Notes under the pieces: generated by a model | What the model was told of the DNA's origin: nothing | The model's input: the letters and a program-made list of their open reading frames with translations, nothing else | Database searches by the model: none | From: Cyanobacteriota bacterium | GTDB lineage: Bacteria > Cyanobacteriota > Cyanobacteriia > PCC-6307 > Cyanobiaceae | Reading direction: 5' to 3' | NCBI GenBank assembly: GCA_046052125.1 | Contig: JBJOMY010000004.1 | Span: 224,001-288,000 of the forward strand | Length of the DNA stretch: 64,000 nt | In this document: positions 44,263-53,485 of the stretch, one piece after another | Layout of the letters: each line of letters opens with the position of its first letter | Numbering within the stretch: the stretch's first letter is position 1 | Made by a program: the position numbers and the translations under genes

Positions 44263-44591
44263 TGGCCGCACTCACCGCCGAGCAGCTGGATGATCTGCAG
44301 TCCTTCCTGAAGGACTGGTTGCGCCATTGCGGCCGCACCCAGGCGGATCTGCGCCGTGCCCTGCATGCCAGTTCGATTCGCATGCCCGTGCTGCTCGATG
44401 CCTTGGCCCGTGTTTACAGCCACGACGGCCTCACCGGCCTGGCCCAGCGCTTGTGCGAGATCGAATCGCTCTGGCAGGGAGAGGATCAGGGCTTGGAAGG
44501 CGACGCTCAAGTGCCGATCTCTCTCGACGACTCGCTGGGACAGCTGGATCTCCTACTGCAGGAGATCCGCCTCGATGTCGGCGACGCCTGA
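44262..44591 (+). CDS. Hypothetical protein with possible HTH-like N-terminus
   Basis: TGATG overlap with DUF1232 gene; DWLRHCGRTQADLRRAL. Confidence 0.7.
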   Translation: MAALTAEQLDDLQSFLKDWLRHCGRTQADLRRALHASSIRMPVLLDALARVYSHDGLTGLAQRLCEIESLWQGEDQGLEGDAQVPISLDDSLGQLDLLLQEIRLDVGDA

Positions 44592-44638
44592 CGCATCCTC
44601 CTGGACGCGTCAGAGTGGGGAGACGCTCCGCTGCCGTC

Positions 44639-44911
44639 ATGCCGCTGCCTCGCCTGTTGTTGTCCGCCTCGGTCGTGGGCCTCGGCCTCAGCTTGTCCAC
44701 GGGCACCGTGGTGGCTGGCCTGTCGTTGCCCGCCCGCGCTCAGGTGGAGAGCTTCCTCTGGGGCCCCGGCAGCAATGTGGGCCCGGAAACCAAGATCGAG
44801 CCCAGCAACTGCATCACCGCCGCCGATGGCAGCATCACCTGCGACACCAAGGTGGTGAATCCTCCCGGCGATACGCCTGCCAAGCCGCAGTACCGGCCGT
44901 TCAATAACTGA
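44639..44911 (+). CDS. Small exported hypothetical protein
   Basis: Signal peptide (ARA cleavage), paired Cys CITAADGSITC. Confidence 0.65.
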   Translation: MPLPRLLLSASVVGLGLSLSTGTVVAGLSLPARAQVESFLWGPGSNVGPETKIEPSNCITAADGSITCDTKVVNPPGDTPAKPQYRPFNN

Positions 44912-44925
44912 TTGCCCTGAAGCGG

Positions 44926-45408
44926 ATGCAGTGGTTCAGCGACCGCGCTTATTTACAGGCGATCACCTCATTTGAGCGCGCCCTGGCCAAGGTGCTCTCC
45001 CTGGTGCTCAGCGGTGTACTCGTGGTGGCCGGCCTTCAATTGCTGCTGTTTCTCGGCAACGATCTGCTGGATCTCAGCGTGAACTGGACCGGCGAGGGCT
45101 TGATCCGCTTGCTGGATGAAGTGCTGGTGATTCTGATCGCCTTGGAGGTGCTCCAGAACCTCACCGCCTATCTCCGTGAGCATGCGGTGCAGATCGAGCT
45201 GGTGCTGGTTACCGCGCTCACCGCCGTTGCCCGCAAAGTGATCGTGATGCCGCCCGGCGTTCAGAAGAACCCCGCCGATCTGATTGGTCTTGGCTTCGCG
45301 GTGCTATCGCTGGCGGCCGCCTATTGGCTGGTGCGTCAGTCGCACATCACGCGGTTGCCGTCCAGAAGAGAGCCAGCCACAGCGTTCCAGGATCGGGATC
45401 GGTTGTGA
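44926..45408 (+). CDS. PsiE-family membrane protein
   Basis: LIALEVLQNLTAYL, LVTALTAVARKVI. Confidence 0.85.
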   Translation: MQWFSDRAYLQAITSFERALAKVLSLVLSGVLVVAGLQLLLFLGNDLLDLSVNWTGEGLIRLLDEVLVILIALEVLQNLTAYLREHAVQIELVLVTALTAVARKVIVMPPGVQKNPADLIGLGFAVLSLAAAYWLVRQSHITRLPSRREPATAFQDRDRL

Positions 45409-45892
45409 TCAGCCGGTGGCGGCGATGGGGGGTGATCAGCAGGGTGTCTCCCACACACAAATCCCGCGGCTGAGCTTCATCTTCAAACTGCAGTTGCGCA
45501 CTGCCCCTCAACAGCAGCACCCATTCCGATTCGCTCTGGTCGTACCAGAACCCCTCGGGGCTGCTGGCCAGGCAGGAGTGGATTCTCTCTAAGCGCCACC
45601 GCTCACCGGCCATCAGTTGCTCCACCCGTTCTTCACCAGCTGGCGGGCAGGCACTGGAGAAGAGGTTGGTTTGATCACGGGCGATCGCTGTTGAAGATCC
45701 AGCTGTGCTGGAGCGATCTCCCCAACGGCGACCGATGTCGAAGCCGAATTGTGAGGCGAGGGCCACCACCTCGTGGTGTTGATCGCACGCCCGCAGGGCT
45801 TCCCGCAGCTCAGGCTGGGCTTCGCTCAAGGCCACGAAGGCGTTGAGCTGGCGCACTTTCTCTAGAAATTGCTGCAGCTGGGCTTCGGCCAT
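45347..45892 (-). CDS. Nif11 domain / cupin domain fusion protein
   Basis: MAEAQLQQFLEKV...VVALASQFGF Nif11-like start; ERIHS...WYDQSESEWVLLLRGSA...H.RHR cupin. Confidence 0.85.
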   Translation of the reverse strand: MAEAQLQQFLEKVRQLNAFVALSEAQPELREALRACDQHHEVVALASQFGFDIGRRWGDRSSTAGSSTAIARDQTNLFSSACPPAGEERVEQLMAGERWRLERIHSCLASSPEGFWYDQSESEWVLLLRGSAQLQFEDEAQPRDLCVGDTLLITPHRRHRLITTDPDPGTLWLALFWTATA

Positions 45893-45896
45893 CCGC

Positions 45897-46370
45897 TCAG
45901 TATCCCGGGCGGAGGGGCTTGTGCATGCGAAATCGCAGGAAGTGCACGCCGCCGATCCGCAGCTCCTCACGCCAGCTCACCTGCCAGCCCATCGCTTCAA
46001 ACAGTGGCTTGGAGATCAGGCTGGCTTCGGTGCGCAACATGCTGATGCCATCGCTGCGGGCCTCCTGTTCCGTCGCTTGCAACAGTGCTTTGGCGCAACC
46101 TTGGCGTTGCACGCTCGGGTGGCTGTAAAGCAGGGCAACACGATCGTTCGGGTGTCGCAGGCAGAAGGCTTCTGCCTGATCCTGAGGATTACAGCTCACC
46201 CAACCCTGGCCTTGGCTGAGTAAAGGCCTGAGCGCTTCGCTCTGGTTGGCCCAGGCCCATTGCTGCTGCTTGCTGTAGAGCGCGGCGGTGGAACAGTGCA
46301 CGGCCTGCCGATAAACCTCTAGGAGTGCATCGTGATCCCTGGTTTCAAGCCGCCGCACCTGATCACGCAT
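45897..46370 (-). CDS. GNAT-family N-acetyltransferase
   Basis: LLYSHPSVQRQGCA (QxxGxA), EASLISKPLFEAMGW. Confidence 0.9.
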   Translation of the reverse strand: MRDQVRRLETRDHDALLEVYRQAVHCSTAALYSKQQQWAWANQSEALRPLLSQGQGWVSCNPQDQAEAFCLRHPNDRVALLYSHPSVQRQGCAKALLQATEQEARSDGISMLRTEASLISKPLFEAMGWQVSWREELRIGGVHFLRFRMHKPLRPGY

Positions 46371-46497
46371 GTTCACTGCCACACAGTGTTGCTCCATTCT
46401 CGATCAGTCGGTGCTGGATCTTCGCTTTGGGAGGGATGGCAATGATCAACTTGATGTTGTAGGTTCAGATTGTCTTGTTAATCAACCCACTCCAACA

Positions 46498-46863
46498 ATG
46501 CTCATCGGATCGGAACTACTGGCCAAGGTCAAAGAGCTGGGCGATGTGGGTAAATCGGAGATCGTCCGGGCCTGTGGCTACGTCTCCACCAAGAAAGATG
46601 GCGGCGAGCGGCTGAATTTCACGGCCTTCTACGAAGCCCTTCTCGAGGCCAAGGGTGTGGAGCTTGGCGGCACCAGCAAGGTGGGCAAGGGCGGCCGCAA
46701 GCTCAGCTATGTGGCCACCGTGCAAGGCAATGGGAATCTGCTGATCGGTAAGGCCTACACCGCCATGCTGGATCTTCAGCCCGGCGATGAGTTTGAAATC
46801 AAGCTGGGCCGCAAGCAGATCCGTTTGATTCCTGTGGGCGGCAGCGACGAAGACGAAGAGTGA
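46498..46863 (+). CDS. Cyanobacterial AbrB-like regulator (cyAbrB)
   Basis: L.GSELLAKVK, CGY, FYEALLEAKG, VQGNGNLLIGKAYT, PGDEFEIKLGRKQIRL. Confidence 0.95.
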   Translation: MLIGSELLAKVKELGDVGKSEIVRACGYVSTKKDGGERLNFTAFYEALLEAKGVELGGTSKVGKGGRKLSYVATVQGNGNLLIGKAYTAMLDLQPGDEFEIKLGRKQIRLIPVGGSDEDEE

Positions 46864-46877
46864 TCGCAGCCCGCTGA

Positions 46878-49568
46878 TCAGCTCAGCGTCACGAGCATCC
46901 GCTCCATCCCCCCGACCACCTCGGGGGGATTTTTGTTGGCATCGTTCAGTAGCGACAGGTAGTCGTCCGAGTGGCAGGTGAGCAGCACGATCTGGATGCC
47001 CTGATCCATGCCTCGCAGGAGCATCTGCTTCAAGCCGCCCTGCCGCTCGCGGTCGCTGTTGGTGAAGGCGTCATCGAACACCAGGGGCAGCACATCTCCG
47101 TAGGCGGGCTTCAGCAGTTCAGCCATGGCCAGGCGTACGGCGGCGGCGAGCTGTTCGCGCATGCCACCACTCAAACGTTCAAACGCGAAGGCTTCTTCAC
47201 CCTGGTGCAGTTGCAGGTCGTGGAAGCCCTGTTGGGGATCAAAGGCCAGTAGGGGTTGTTGAGCCGCACGGGCTCCCTCCGCGGCCAATGCGCTCAGATA
47301 GGGGCTGATCGCTGCCTGCAGCGGTTCGCTGTAGCGCGCGGCCAGGCTGCTCTGGGCGCGATGAAACCGCTCCAGCAACAGCTGCAAGGCTTGAGCGCGC
47401 CGCTCGAGGTTTTGGCGCTCCGCCTCAGCGTCTTCCCAGGCCGCCTGTCGATGCTCCAATTCGGCGATCGGGTTGTTGGCCCCCAGGCTCTGGCAGCGCT
47501 GTTCGGTTTGACCGCGTTGGCTGAGCAGCTGATCTTTCTCCTGCTCCAGAGCCTGCAGCTGCTCAGCAGCGTTAACAGCGCTGCGGCGCGCGGCCTGAAG
47601 GGTTTGCAGTTCAACTTGCCAGCGCTGCAGCTGTTGTTGCTGGCTCTTCAGGGCCTGGTCTTCAGGCTGCTGTTTGCCCAGGGTTTGCAGCCGCTGCCCC
47701 ACCACCTTCAGGGATCCATCGAGTTCGCTTTTGCGGTTGCGCAGTTGCACCTGGCTGGTTTGTTGTCGCTGCAGCCCCTGCTCAAGCTCCTGCAGGTTTC
47801 GCTCGCAGCTGCTCAACTCCTCGCTGCGCTCGCGCTTGAGGCGGCGCAGCTGTTCCTGCAGGTTGTGCAGCCTGTCTGGATCCAGATGGCCGGGCTCACG
47901 GCCTCCCAGTTGCTCGGCCATGGACTTGAGCAATGGCTGCTGGGTATCGAGGGCCTGCAGCAGGCTCTGGCGCCTGGGTTCCAGTTGATCCAGGCGCTGT
48001 TGGAGCCCCGACCAGGGAATGCTCTTGGCGGCCTGGCGCAGGTTGTTCAGGTCGCGCTCCAGGCGTTGACGTTCCCGCTCGGTCGTCTCGGCCTGCTCGC
48101 TGTTGTTGAGATGGAGCGCCTGCTGCAGCTGCTCGAGTTGTTGCCGGCAGTGTTGCTGCTGGGCAAGAGCCTGGGGCAACGCCTCGCCGCCGCCCGGGCT
48201 GATCTCAATCAATACGCCACTGCCCACCTGCAGCTGGGCCGAAGCCTCGAGGCGTCGCCGTTCACCGGCGTTGAGCATCTCCCCGTTGAGCAGGATGCTC
48301 TGATCGCTGCTCAGTACTTCGAGGCTGGCGGCCATTGCTTCACAGCGGGCGGTGGCCTGCGCCAGGCCCTGTTCAGCCTGGCGCAGCTGCCGCACCTGAT
48401 CGGCTGTGATCTCCGGTAGAGCGGCGAGCTGTTGTTTGAGCAGCTCAGCCTCGGCCTGCAACTGCTGCAATCTGCGCTGGTGTTCGCGCGATTGCTCGGC
48501 TTCGGCCTCCAACTGCTGCAGATCCAGCAGCAGTTGGAGCAGTTCCTGGCGCTGCGTGAGTTGCTGCAGTTGCTCAGCGAGCTCCTGCCGCTGGCCCACC
48601 CTTTGATCCCGCTGCTGGATCTGGTCGTTGTGCTGTTTGATCAGGCCTGCCAGCTGGTCCTCCAGGCGCTGGTGCTCTTGCTGCCCCTGCTCCTGTTGGC
48701 GTAGGAGCTGATCGCGTTCCTGCTCCTGTTGCAGCAGTGGTTGCAGTTGGGCCTGCAGCAGGTTGATCGAGCGTTGGAGTTCCAGCTCCCGCTGCAGGGC
48801 AGGGCGCAGATCTTGCTCGATCGTCTCCAGGCGTTCGTTGAGCTGGCGCCATTGCTCCATCGCCGCCTCGAGATCGGCGAGCTGTTGTTGGGCGATGGCG
48901 AGAGCTTGTGTGGCGTCGTTGCTGCGGCGCTGGGCTTCCGCCAGGGGCGATCCCGCTTTCACGCGTCCCGTGGCGGTGTAGAGCTCTGCCACCTGCTGTT
49001 GGATCTGCTCGAGCACCAACTGATCCACGCCTGATTCCAGTGCGGTGCTGGTGCCCTGGAGCTGCAATTGCTCCACCAGTCGGTTGTGGTCGTAGCGCTC
49101 CTGGCTGCCGCTGAGGGGATTGAGGCCGGCGTCGCCCTGGCGCACCCAGAGGTGGGCCCAGCGCTCCGGCAGCTGTGCGATCCGCCGGCCCTCCACCGGC
49201 GCCTCGAATCCCAGCAGCGCAGCCAGGCGGTCTTCCGCTGCGGGGCCGCTCAAGGCCTCGCCACTGGCATTGCTCAGCTGGCAGGTGCCTCCTGCCCCTG
49301 CGAAGCGCTTGCGCAGCCGCCAGGTGTCAGCCTCAGCCTCAAAGCTGATCTCCACCTCGGGCAGGCCGGCATGCAGGCGCGAGCGCAGCTCATCCACGCC
49401 GCGACCGGTGGCCGTTGCTCGCAGAAAGAGGCCTTTGTGCAAGGCCTCCACCAGGGTGCTCTTGCCGCTTTCATTGGCGCCGGCGATCAGGGTGAGCTCT
49501 CGCCCGAAGCTCAGCTCCAGCACGCGGTGTCGCCGCACGTTTTGCAGCCGGCAGGCGATCAGCCGCAT
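46878..49568 (-). CDS. SbcC/Rad50-like (YhaN-type) SMC-family ATPase
   Basis: GANESGKST Walker A, WVRQG Q-loop, long Gln/Leu coiled coil, LSGGMREQL signature, VFDDAF Walker B, TCH. Confidence 0.9.
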   Translation of the reverse strand: MRLIACRLQNVRRHRVLELSFGRELTLIAGANESGKSTLVEALHKGLFLRATATGRGVDELRSRLHAGLPEVEISFEAEADTWRLRKRFAGAGGTCQLSNASGEALSGPAAEDRLAALLGFEAPVEGRRIAQLPERWAHLWVRQGDAGLNPLSGSQERYDHNRLVEQLQLQGTSTALESGVDQLVLEQIQQQVAELYTATGRVKAGSPLAEAQRRSNDATQALAIAQQQLADLEAAMEQWRQLNERLETIEQDLRPALQRELELQRSINLLQAQLQPLLQQEQERDQLLRQQEQGQQEHQRLEDQLAGLIKQHNDQIQQRDQRVGQRQELAEQLQQLTQRQELLQLLLDLQQLEAEAEQSREHQRRLQQLQAEAELLKQQLAALPEITADQVRQLRQAEQGLAQATARCEAMAASLEVLSSDQSILLNGEMLNAGERRRLEASAQLQVGSGVLIEISPGGGEALPQALAQQQHCRQQLEQLQQALHLNNSEQAETTERERQRLERDLNNLRQAAKSIPWSGLQQRLDQLEPRRQSLLQALDTQQPLLKSMAEQLGGREPGHLDPDRLHNLQEQLRRLKRERSEELSSCERNLQELEQGLQRQQTSQVQLRNRKSELDGSLKVVGQRLQTLGKQQPEDQALKSQQQQLQRWQVELQTLQAARRSAVNAAEQLQALEQEKDQLLSQRGQTEQRCQSLGANNPIAELEHRQAAWEDAEAERQNLERRAQALQLLLERFHRAQSSLAARYSEPLQAAISPYLSALAAEGARAAQQPLLAFDPQQGFHDLQLHQGEEAFAFERLSGGMREQLAAAVRLAMAELLKPAYGDVLPLVFDDAFTNSDRERQGGLKQMLLRGMDQGIQIVLLTCHSDDYLSLLNDANKNPPEVVGGMERMLVTLS
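46906..46934 (+). terminator. Intrinsic terminator for cyAbrB, inside the 3' end of the opposite gene
   Basis: ATCCCCCCGA-CCACC-TCGGGGGGAT followed by TTTTGTT. Confidence 0.8.
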
Positions 49569-50755
49569 GTCACGGCTCCTGCTGCGCGATGCAGCTCCGC
49601 CAGGGCCAGCTGCAGGAGTTGCCGTTGTTGGGGATCGGCGGACTCTTCAGCCTGCTGCAGTTCGGCCTGAAGGCCGGCGGCCACGCGGGCGATCAGCGGA
49701 TCATCGGCGCGGTTGATCAGCTCCTGCAGCTCGCTGGGGTCAGGGCTCTGCTCGATCACGCCCCGGCGTTTCAGCCGCAGCAGCTGGGCCTCCAGCCTCT
49801 CCAGGAGCTCTGCATAGCGCTGATGCTCCTCCAGGCTGAGGCTGCCGTTCTGCTCCAGCAGCAGCAGCTGCTGGCCCGGCTCAGCCTGGAGCAGGGGCTC
49901 GAGTTGTTGTTCGAGTCGCTCAAGGTCGCCAGGGCTTTGAAGCCTCACCTGCAGCTGCTGCCACTCCAGGGCAGCGGTGGCGTGGGCTTCAACCCGGGGC
50001 GCATCCCCACGACGCACGCTCACAGCCAACACCTGTCCGCCTTGGTAGTCGTTGGTGCGGGGAAAGCGATCGGGTTCCGGCGTGCCGCTGTACCAGGTGC
50101 GCGGGTTGATCTGCTTGAGCCCATGCCAGTCGCCGAGGGCGATGTAATCGAGTTGCTCGAGCAGGGAGGCATCCAGTTGCAGGCGGTTGTTGCTGCTCGC
50201 CTGTTGATCGTCGTCGGCGTCGAAATCGCTGGCTTCGAAGCCGTGCACCGATCCATGGGCCAGCAGGATGCGGGGCTTATCGGGAGGCAGCTCAGCCCAC
50301 TGGAGTTGGCGCACCCAGGCGGTGGGGTCGCTGTTGTCGCTGCGGCGCAGCAGGGGGCAGGGCAGCACCACAGCCGAATCGAGCTCCAGCACCTGGCGCT
50401 CCAGCAGCACAATCAGGTTTGGCGCCCGCCGCTGCTGCTCAGCCTGGAAGAACGCGCTGTGCCACACGCTGCCTGGAGCCCCATGGTCATGGTTGCCAGG
50501 GATCACGAGCACGGGGATCTCAAGCTTGCCGATCGCCTGGCACACCGCGCTCACGTCACTGCTGCTCGGGGTGGGGGAGTCGAACAGGTCGCCAGCCACC
50601 AGCAGGAAGCTGGGGTTGCACCGGGGGATCAGGGCGCCGATGCGGCCGATCGCTTCGATGCGTGCCTGCCGCAGCCGAGCCCGTTTATCGGGATCCTGAA
50701 CGCGGGCGTAGGGCTTGCCGATCTGCCAGTCGGCGCTGTGCAGAAAGGTGAGCAT
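49559..50755 (-). CDS. SbcD/Mre11-like metallophosphoesterase nuclease
   Basis: HSADWQIG, AGDLFD, PGNHD, AHG, YIALGDWH, YSGTPEP. Confidence 0.93.
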   Translation of the reverse strand: MLTFLHSADWQIGKPYARVQDPDKRARLRQARIEAIGRIGALIPRCNPSFLLVAGDLFDSPTPSSSDVSAVCQAIGKLEIPVLVIPGNHDHGAPGSVWHSAFFQAEQQRRAPNLIVLLERQVLELDSAVVLPCPLLRRSDNSDPTAWVRQLQWAELPPDKPRILLAHGSVHGFEASDFDADDDQQASSNNRLQLDASLLEQLDYIALGDWHGLKQINPRTWYSGTPEPDRFPRTNDYQGGQVLAVSVRRGDAPRVEAHATAALEWQQLQVRLQSPGDLERLEQQLEPLLQAEPGQQLLLLEQNGSLSLEEHQRYAELLERLEAQLLRLKRRGVIEQSPDPSELQELINRADDPLIARVAAGLQAELQQAEESADPQQRQLLQLALAELHRAAGAVTCG

Positions 50756-50831
50756 GCAGGCGTGTTTGAGCGCTTCTATTTCAGCGTGCCTGGGCAGGTC
50801 TGCAGACTGATGGCGAACCTGCCACTCACCT

Positions 50832-51191
50832 GTGACTGTGCTGTTGCCCCTTTGGCGCCGCTGCGTTGCATCGGTTCTGGTGGTCCTGACGCTGGTGGTG
50901 CTGGCTTGTCCAGGCCAGGCCCAAGCCGATGGGGGGCAGCTGTTTGAGCAGCACTGCGCCGGTTGTCATGTGAATGGCGGCAACATCATTCGCCGCGGCA
51001 AAACCCTGAAGCTGGCCGCCCTCGAGCGCCAAGGCCTGGCCTCCGAGCAGGCGATTGCCACGATCGCCGCTCAAGGCCTGGGGCAGATGAGCGGCTACGG
51101 CTCAGTGCTGGGGGAACAGGGAACCCAGGAGGTGGCGGCGTGGGTGTGGCAGCAAGCTCTGGCGGATTGGCCCAAAAATCAGAAGGCCTGA
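50832..51191 (+). CDS. Cytochrome c6-like protein (c6B/c6C type)
   Basis: Signal peptide, CAGCH heme motif, GGNIIRRGKTLK, GQMSGYG axial Met. Confidence 0.9.
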   Translation: MTVLLPLWRRCVASVLVVLTLVVLACPGQAQADGGQLFEQHCAGCHVNGGNIIRRGKTLKLAALERQGLASEQAIATIAAQGLGQMSGYGSVLGEQGTQEVAAWVWQQALADWPKNQKA

Positions 51192-51445
51192 ATCCAGGGG
51201 TACACCTTCAGCTCGGTCCAGATGCCGTTGCGCCAATACACGTCGTTGTGGAGCAGCTGCTCCACCTCGGCTTGGCTGGCTGCTTCGTAGATGCCGAACA
51301 CATGGGTGCTGCCCTCGGTGGGGCCGAGGGTGATCAGCACGCCCGATTCCTTCTGCTGTTGCAGACCAGCGAGGTGCTCCTCCCGGTAGGGGGTGCGCTT
51401 CTCCAGTGCATTGGCGCAGTAGGTGCCCCAGAGAACAAAACGCAT
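51179..51445 (-). CDS. YciI-family protein
   Basis: KRTPYREEHL, LGPT, DVYWRNGIW. Confidence 0.9.
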   Translation of the reverse strand: MRFVLWGTYCANALEKRTPYREEHLAGLQQQKESGVLITLGPTEGSTHVFGIYEAASQAEVEQLLHNDVYWRNGIWTELKVYPWIQAF

Positions 51446-51472
51446 GCTGAACGCGCGGCCGAGGGCCGCAAC

Positions 51473-51793
51473 TTACAGCCAGCCAGCGGCGAAGATCGGC
51501 TGACGAATGCGCGAGGGGAACAGGATCGGGCGGTTGCTGGCCTTGGCACCGGCCTTGTCGCTCCAGCGCACCTTGCAGCGGAACTGATTGCCGCTCTTGT
51601 TTGTTGAGGTGCTGGTGCGGAACTCCTGCACCACTGCCTGCTCAGGCATCAGATACTGCGCCTGGTTACAGGCATCCACCTCGGAGATGCTGGAGGTGTA
51701 ATGGCTCCAACCAGCCTCTGCCGCCTGGGGTGCCAGCGCGATGCTGCCGAGCATTAGGCCGGAGGCAAGCAGGACTCGACGAACCATGGCCAT
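51473..51793 (-). CDS. Small exported hypothetical protein
   Basis: Signal peptide ending AEA, two Cys; fills the gap between trpA and yciI on the same strand. Confidence 0.6.
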   Translation of the reverse strand: MAMVRRVLLASGLMLGSIALAPQAAEAGWSHYTSSISEVDACNQAQYLMPEQAVVQEFRTSTSTNKSGNQFRCKVRWSDKAGAKASNRPILFPSRIRQPIFAAGWL

Positions 51794-51854
51794 GGGCGCG
51801 GATAAAGCTGGCCAGATTCTGACGGCTTCAGCAACAACCAGCCGGTGCAGCTGT

Positions 51855-52667
51855 TCAGGCGTCGAGGGCTGAACGCAACTGGCTGCAGAACTCCTCTGCC
51901 GCTCCGGCGATATCGCTCTGCTGACTGTGGGCCTGGGCCATCACTTTCACCAGAGCGCTTCCCACGATCGCTCCATCGGCGCCCCAGTCGCGCACTTGCC
52001 GGGCTTGCTCGGGCCCCGAGATCCCAAAGCCAACGGCCACTGGCGTCGGACCCATCGCTTTGAGTTGCTGCACCAGATCGGCCACGCGGCTTTCGAGGCT
52101 GGTGCGTACACCCGTCACGCCGGTCACGCTCACCAGGTAGGTGAAACCGCGGCTGGCCGCGGCGATGCGGCCCATGCGATCGGCGGGTGTGGTGGGAGCC
52201 ACCAGCAACACCAGGTCGAGCCCGTGGTCGCTGGCGATGCTGGAGAGTTTCTCCGCTTCCTCAAGCGGCAGATCGGGCACAACGAGCCCTGCGGCGCCAG
52301 CGGCGGCAGCATCGCGGCAGAACGCCTCCATGCCGCGGTTGAGTAGCGGGTTGCTGTAGGTGAACAGGATCACCGGAATCTGCAGCTCGCCCTTGAGGCT
52401 GGTGAGCATCTCGAGCACGCGCCCAGGGGTGGTGCCCGAGCCCAGCGCACGACTGGCGGCGGCCTGGATCACAGGACCATCGGCCAGAGGATCGCTGTAG
52501 GGGATGCCGAGTTCAATCAGGTCGGCACCGGCGGCCTGCAGCGACAGCAGGGTGGAGCGGGTACTGGAGAGATCCGGGTCCCCCGCCATGAGAAATGGCA
52601 TCAGGGCGCATCGGCCCTGTTGCTGAAGCTGGCTGAAACGCTGCTGGATGGGGGTGCTCTGGCTCAC
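51855..52667 (-). CDS. trpA: Tryptophan synthase alpha chain
   Basis: [44 protein letters not shown]. Confidence 0.98.
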   Translation of the reverse strand: MSQSTPIQQRFSQLQQQGRCALMPFLMAGDPDLSSTRSTLLSLQAAGADLIELGIPYSDPLADGPVIQAAASRALGSGTTPGRVLEMLTSLKGELQIPVILFTYSNPLLNRGMEAFCRDAAAAGAAGLVVPDLPLEEAEKLSSIASDHGLDLVLLVAPTTPADRMGRIAAASRGFTYLVSVTGVTGVRTSLESRVADLVQQLKAMGPTPVAVGFGISGPEQARQVRDWGADGAIVGSALVKVMAQAHSQQSDIAGAAEEFCSQLRSALDA

Positions 52668-52717
52668 GGCAGCGCAGGATCTGACCGTGAGCCTATGGGG
52701 TCGCAGACAGGGGCGAT

Positions 52718-53065
52718 CTACTGCTCGCTGCTGTCCTGCAGCTGGCCCAGCTCCTTGAGCAGCTTGGCTTGCTCTTCAGGTGGCAGAGCGTCGAAGCGCT
52801 GCTGCAGTTCCTCGTCGGTGGCGGCTTCGTAGGCGGAGCGGTAGCGGCGCCGCTGCTCCATGTAGGTCATGTTTCCGGTCACCACCCGAAACAGGTAGGA
52901 GCTCGTCCAGATCAACACCACCGCCACAAGCACGGCCTGGGCAGCGATGCCGGCGGAGAACCCCTCCAGGCCAGCAGCCTGAAATCCCCAATACCCCAGC
53001 CCCCCCAGGCCAAAGATCGCCAGCCCTGCAATCAGGGCCTTGCCTCGGGTCATGCCAGCGCTCAT
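52718..53065 (-). CDS. DUF3007-family membrane protein
   Basis: [22 protein letters not shown]; usual position between ndhL and trpA. Confidence 0.9.
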   Translation of the reverse strand: MSAGMTRGKALIAGLAIFGLGGLGYWGFQAAGLEGFSAGIAAQAVLVAVVLIWTSSYLFRVVTGNMTYMEQRRRYRSAYEAATDEELQQRFDALPPEEQAKLLKELGQLQDSSEQ

Positions 53066-53316
53066 CCCACTTGCCCCTGACCCTGCAGGCGCAGATTCAC
53101 GAAGGGAGCAAACACGATCAGGCCCGGGAAGAACAGGAACACCAGCCCGTAGATCGCTGTCCGCTCGATCTTGCCCATCACCGTCCAGCGTTTTGCCATC
53201 CAGGCCATCAGGGCTAGGGGCACCACCACCAGGTAGGCACCGCCGAGTGCGATGTAAGCCGCAATCACCAGCAGCGTTTCGCTCGACAGAGAGCTCAGGA
53301 ACCCAGGCAGCGGCAC
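53062..53316 (-). CDS. ndhL: NDH-1 subunit L
   Basis: [27 protein letters not shown]...APFVNLR; start uncertain. Confidence 0.93.
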   Translation of the reverse strand: MPLPGFLSSLSSETLLVIAAYIALGGAYLVVVPLALMAWMAKRWTVMGKIERTAIYGLVFLFFPGLIVFAPFVNLRLQGQGQVG

Positions 53317-53383
53317 GGTGACGAGGCGGTTGCAGAACGAATCTAGGATGGGTAACAGGAAGCGTTGGGTCGTTTCCGGCGCC

Positions 53384-53467
53384 GGGAGCATGGCGGAATT
53401 GGTAGACGCAGCGGACTTAAAATCCGCAGACGGCAACGTTGTGGGGGTTCAAGTCCCCCTGCTCCCA
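53384..53467 (+). tRNA. tRNA-Leu (TAA), intron-less
   Basis: GGGAGCATGGCGGAATTGGTAGACGCAGCGGACTTAAAATCCGC-long variable arm-GGTTCAAGTCCCCCTGCTCCCA. Confidence 0.97.
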
Positions 53468-53485
53468 TCTCTGCCTGGCGATTGA

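Noticed and set aside
45347..45892. Prochlorosin-type lanthipeptide precursor
   Set aside because: The Nif11-like part is fused to a full cupin, has no GG/GA cleavage site, and no LanM or exporter is nearby
53384..53467. Group I intron in tRNA-Leu(UAA)
   Set aside because: The anticodon loop CTTAAAA is uninterrupted
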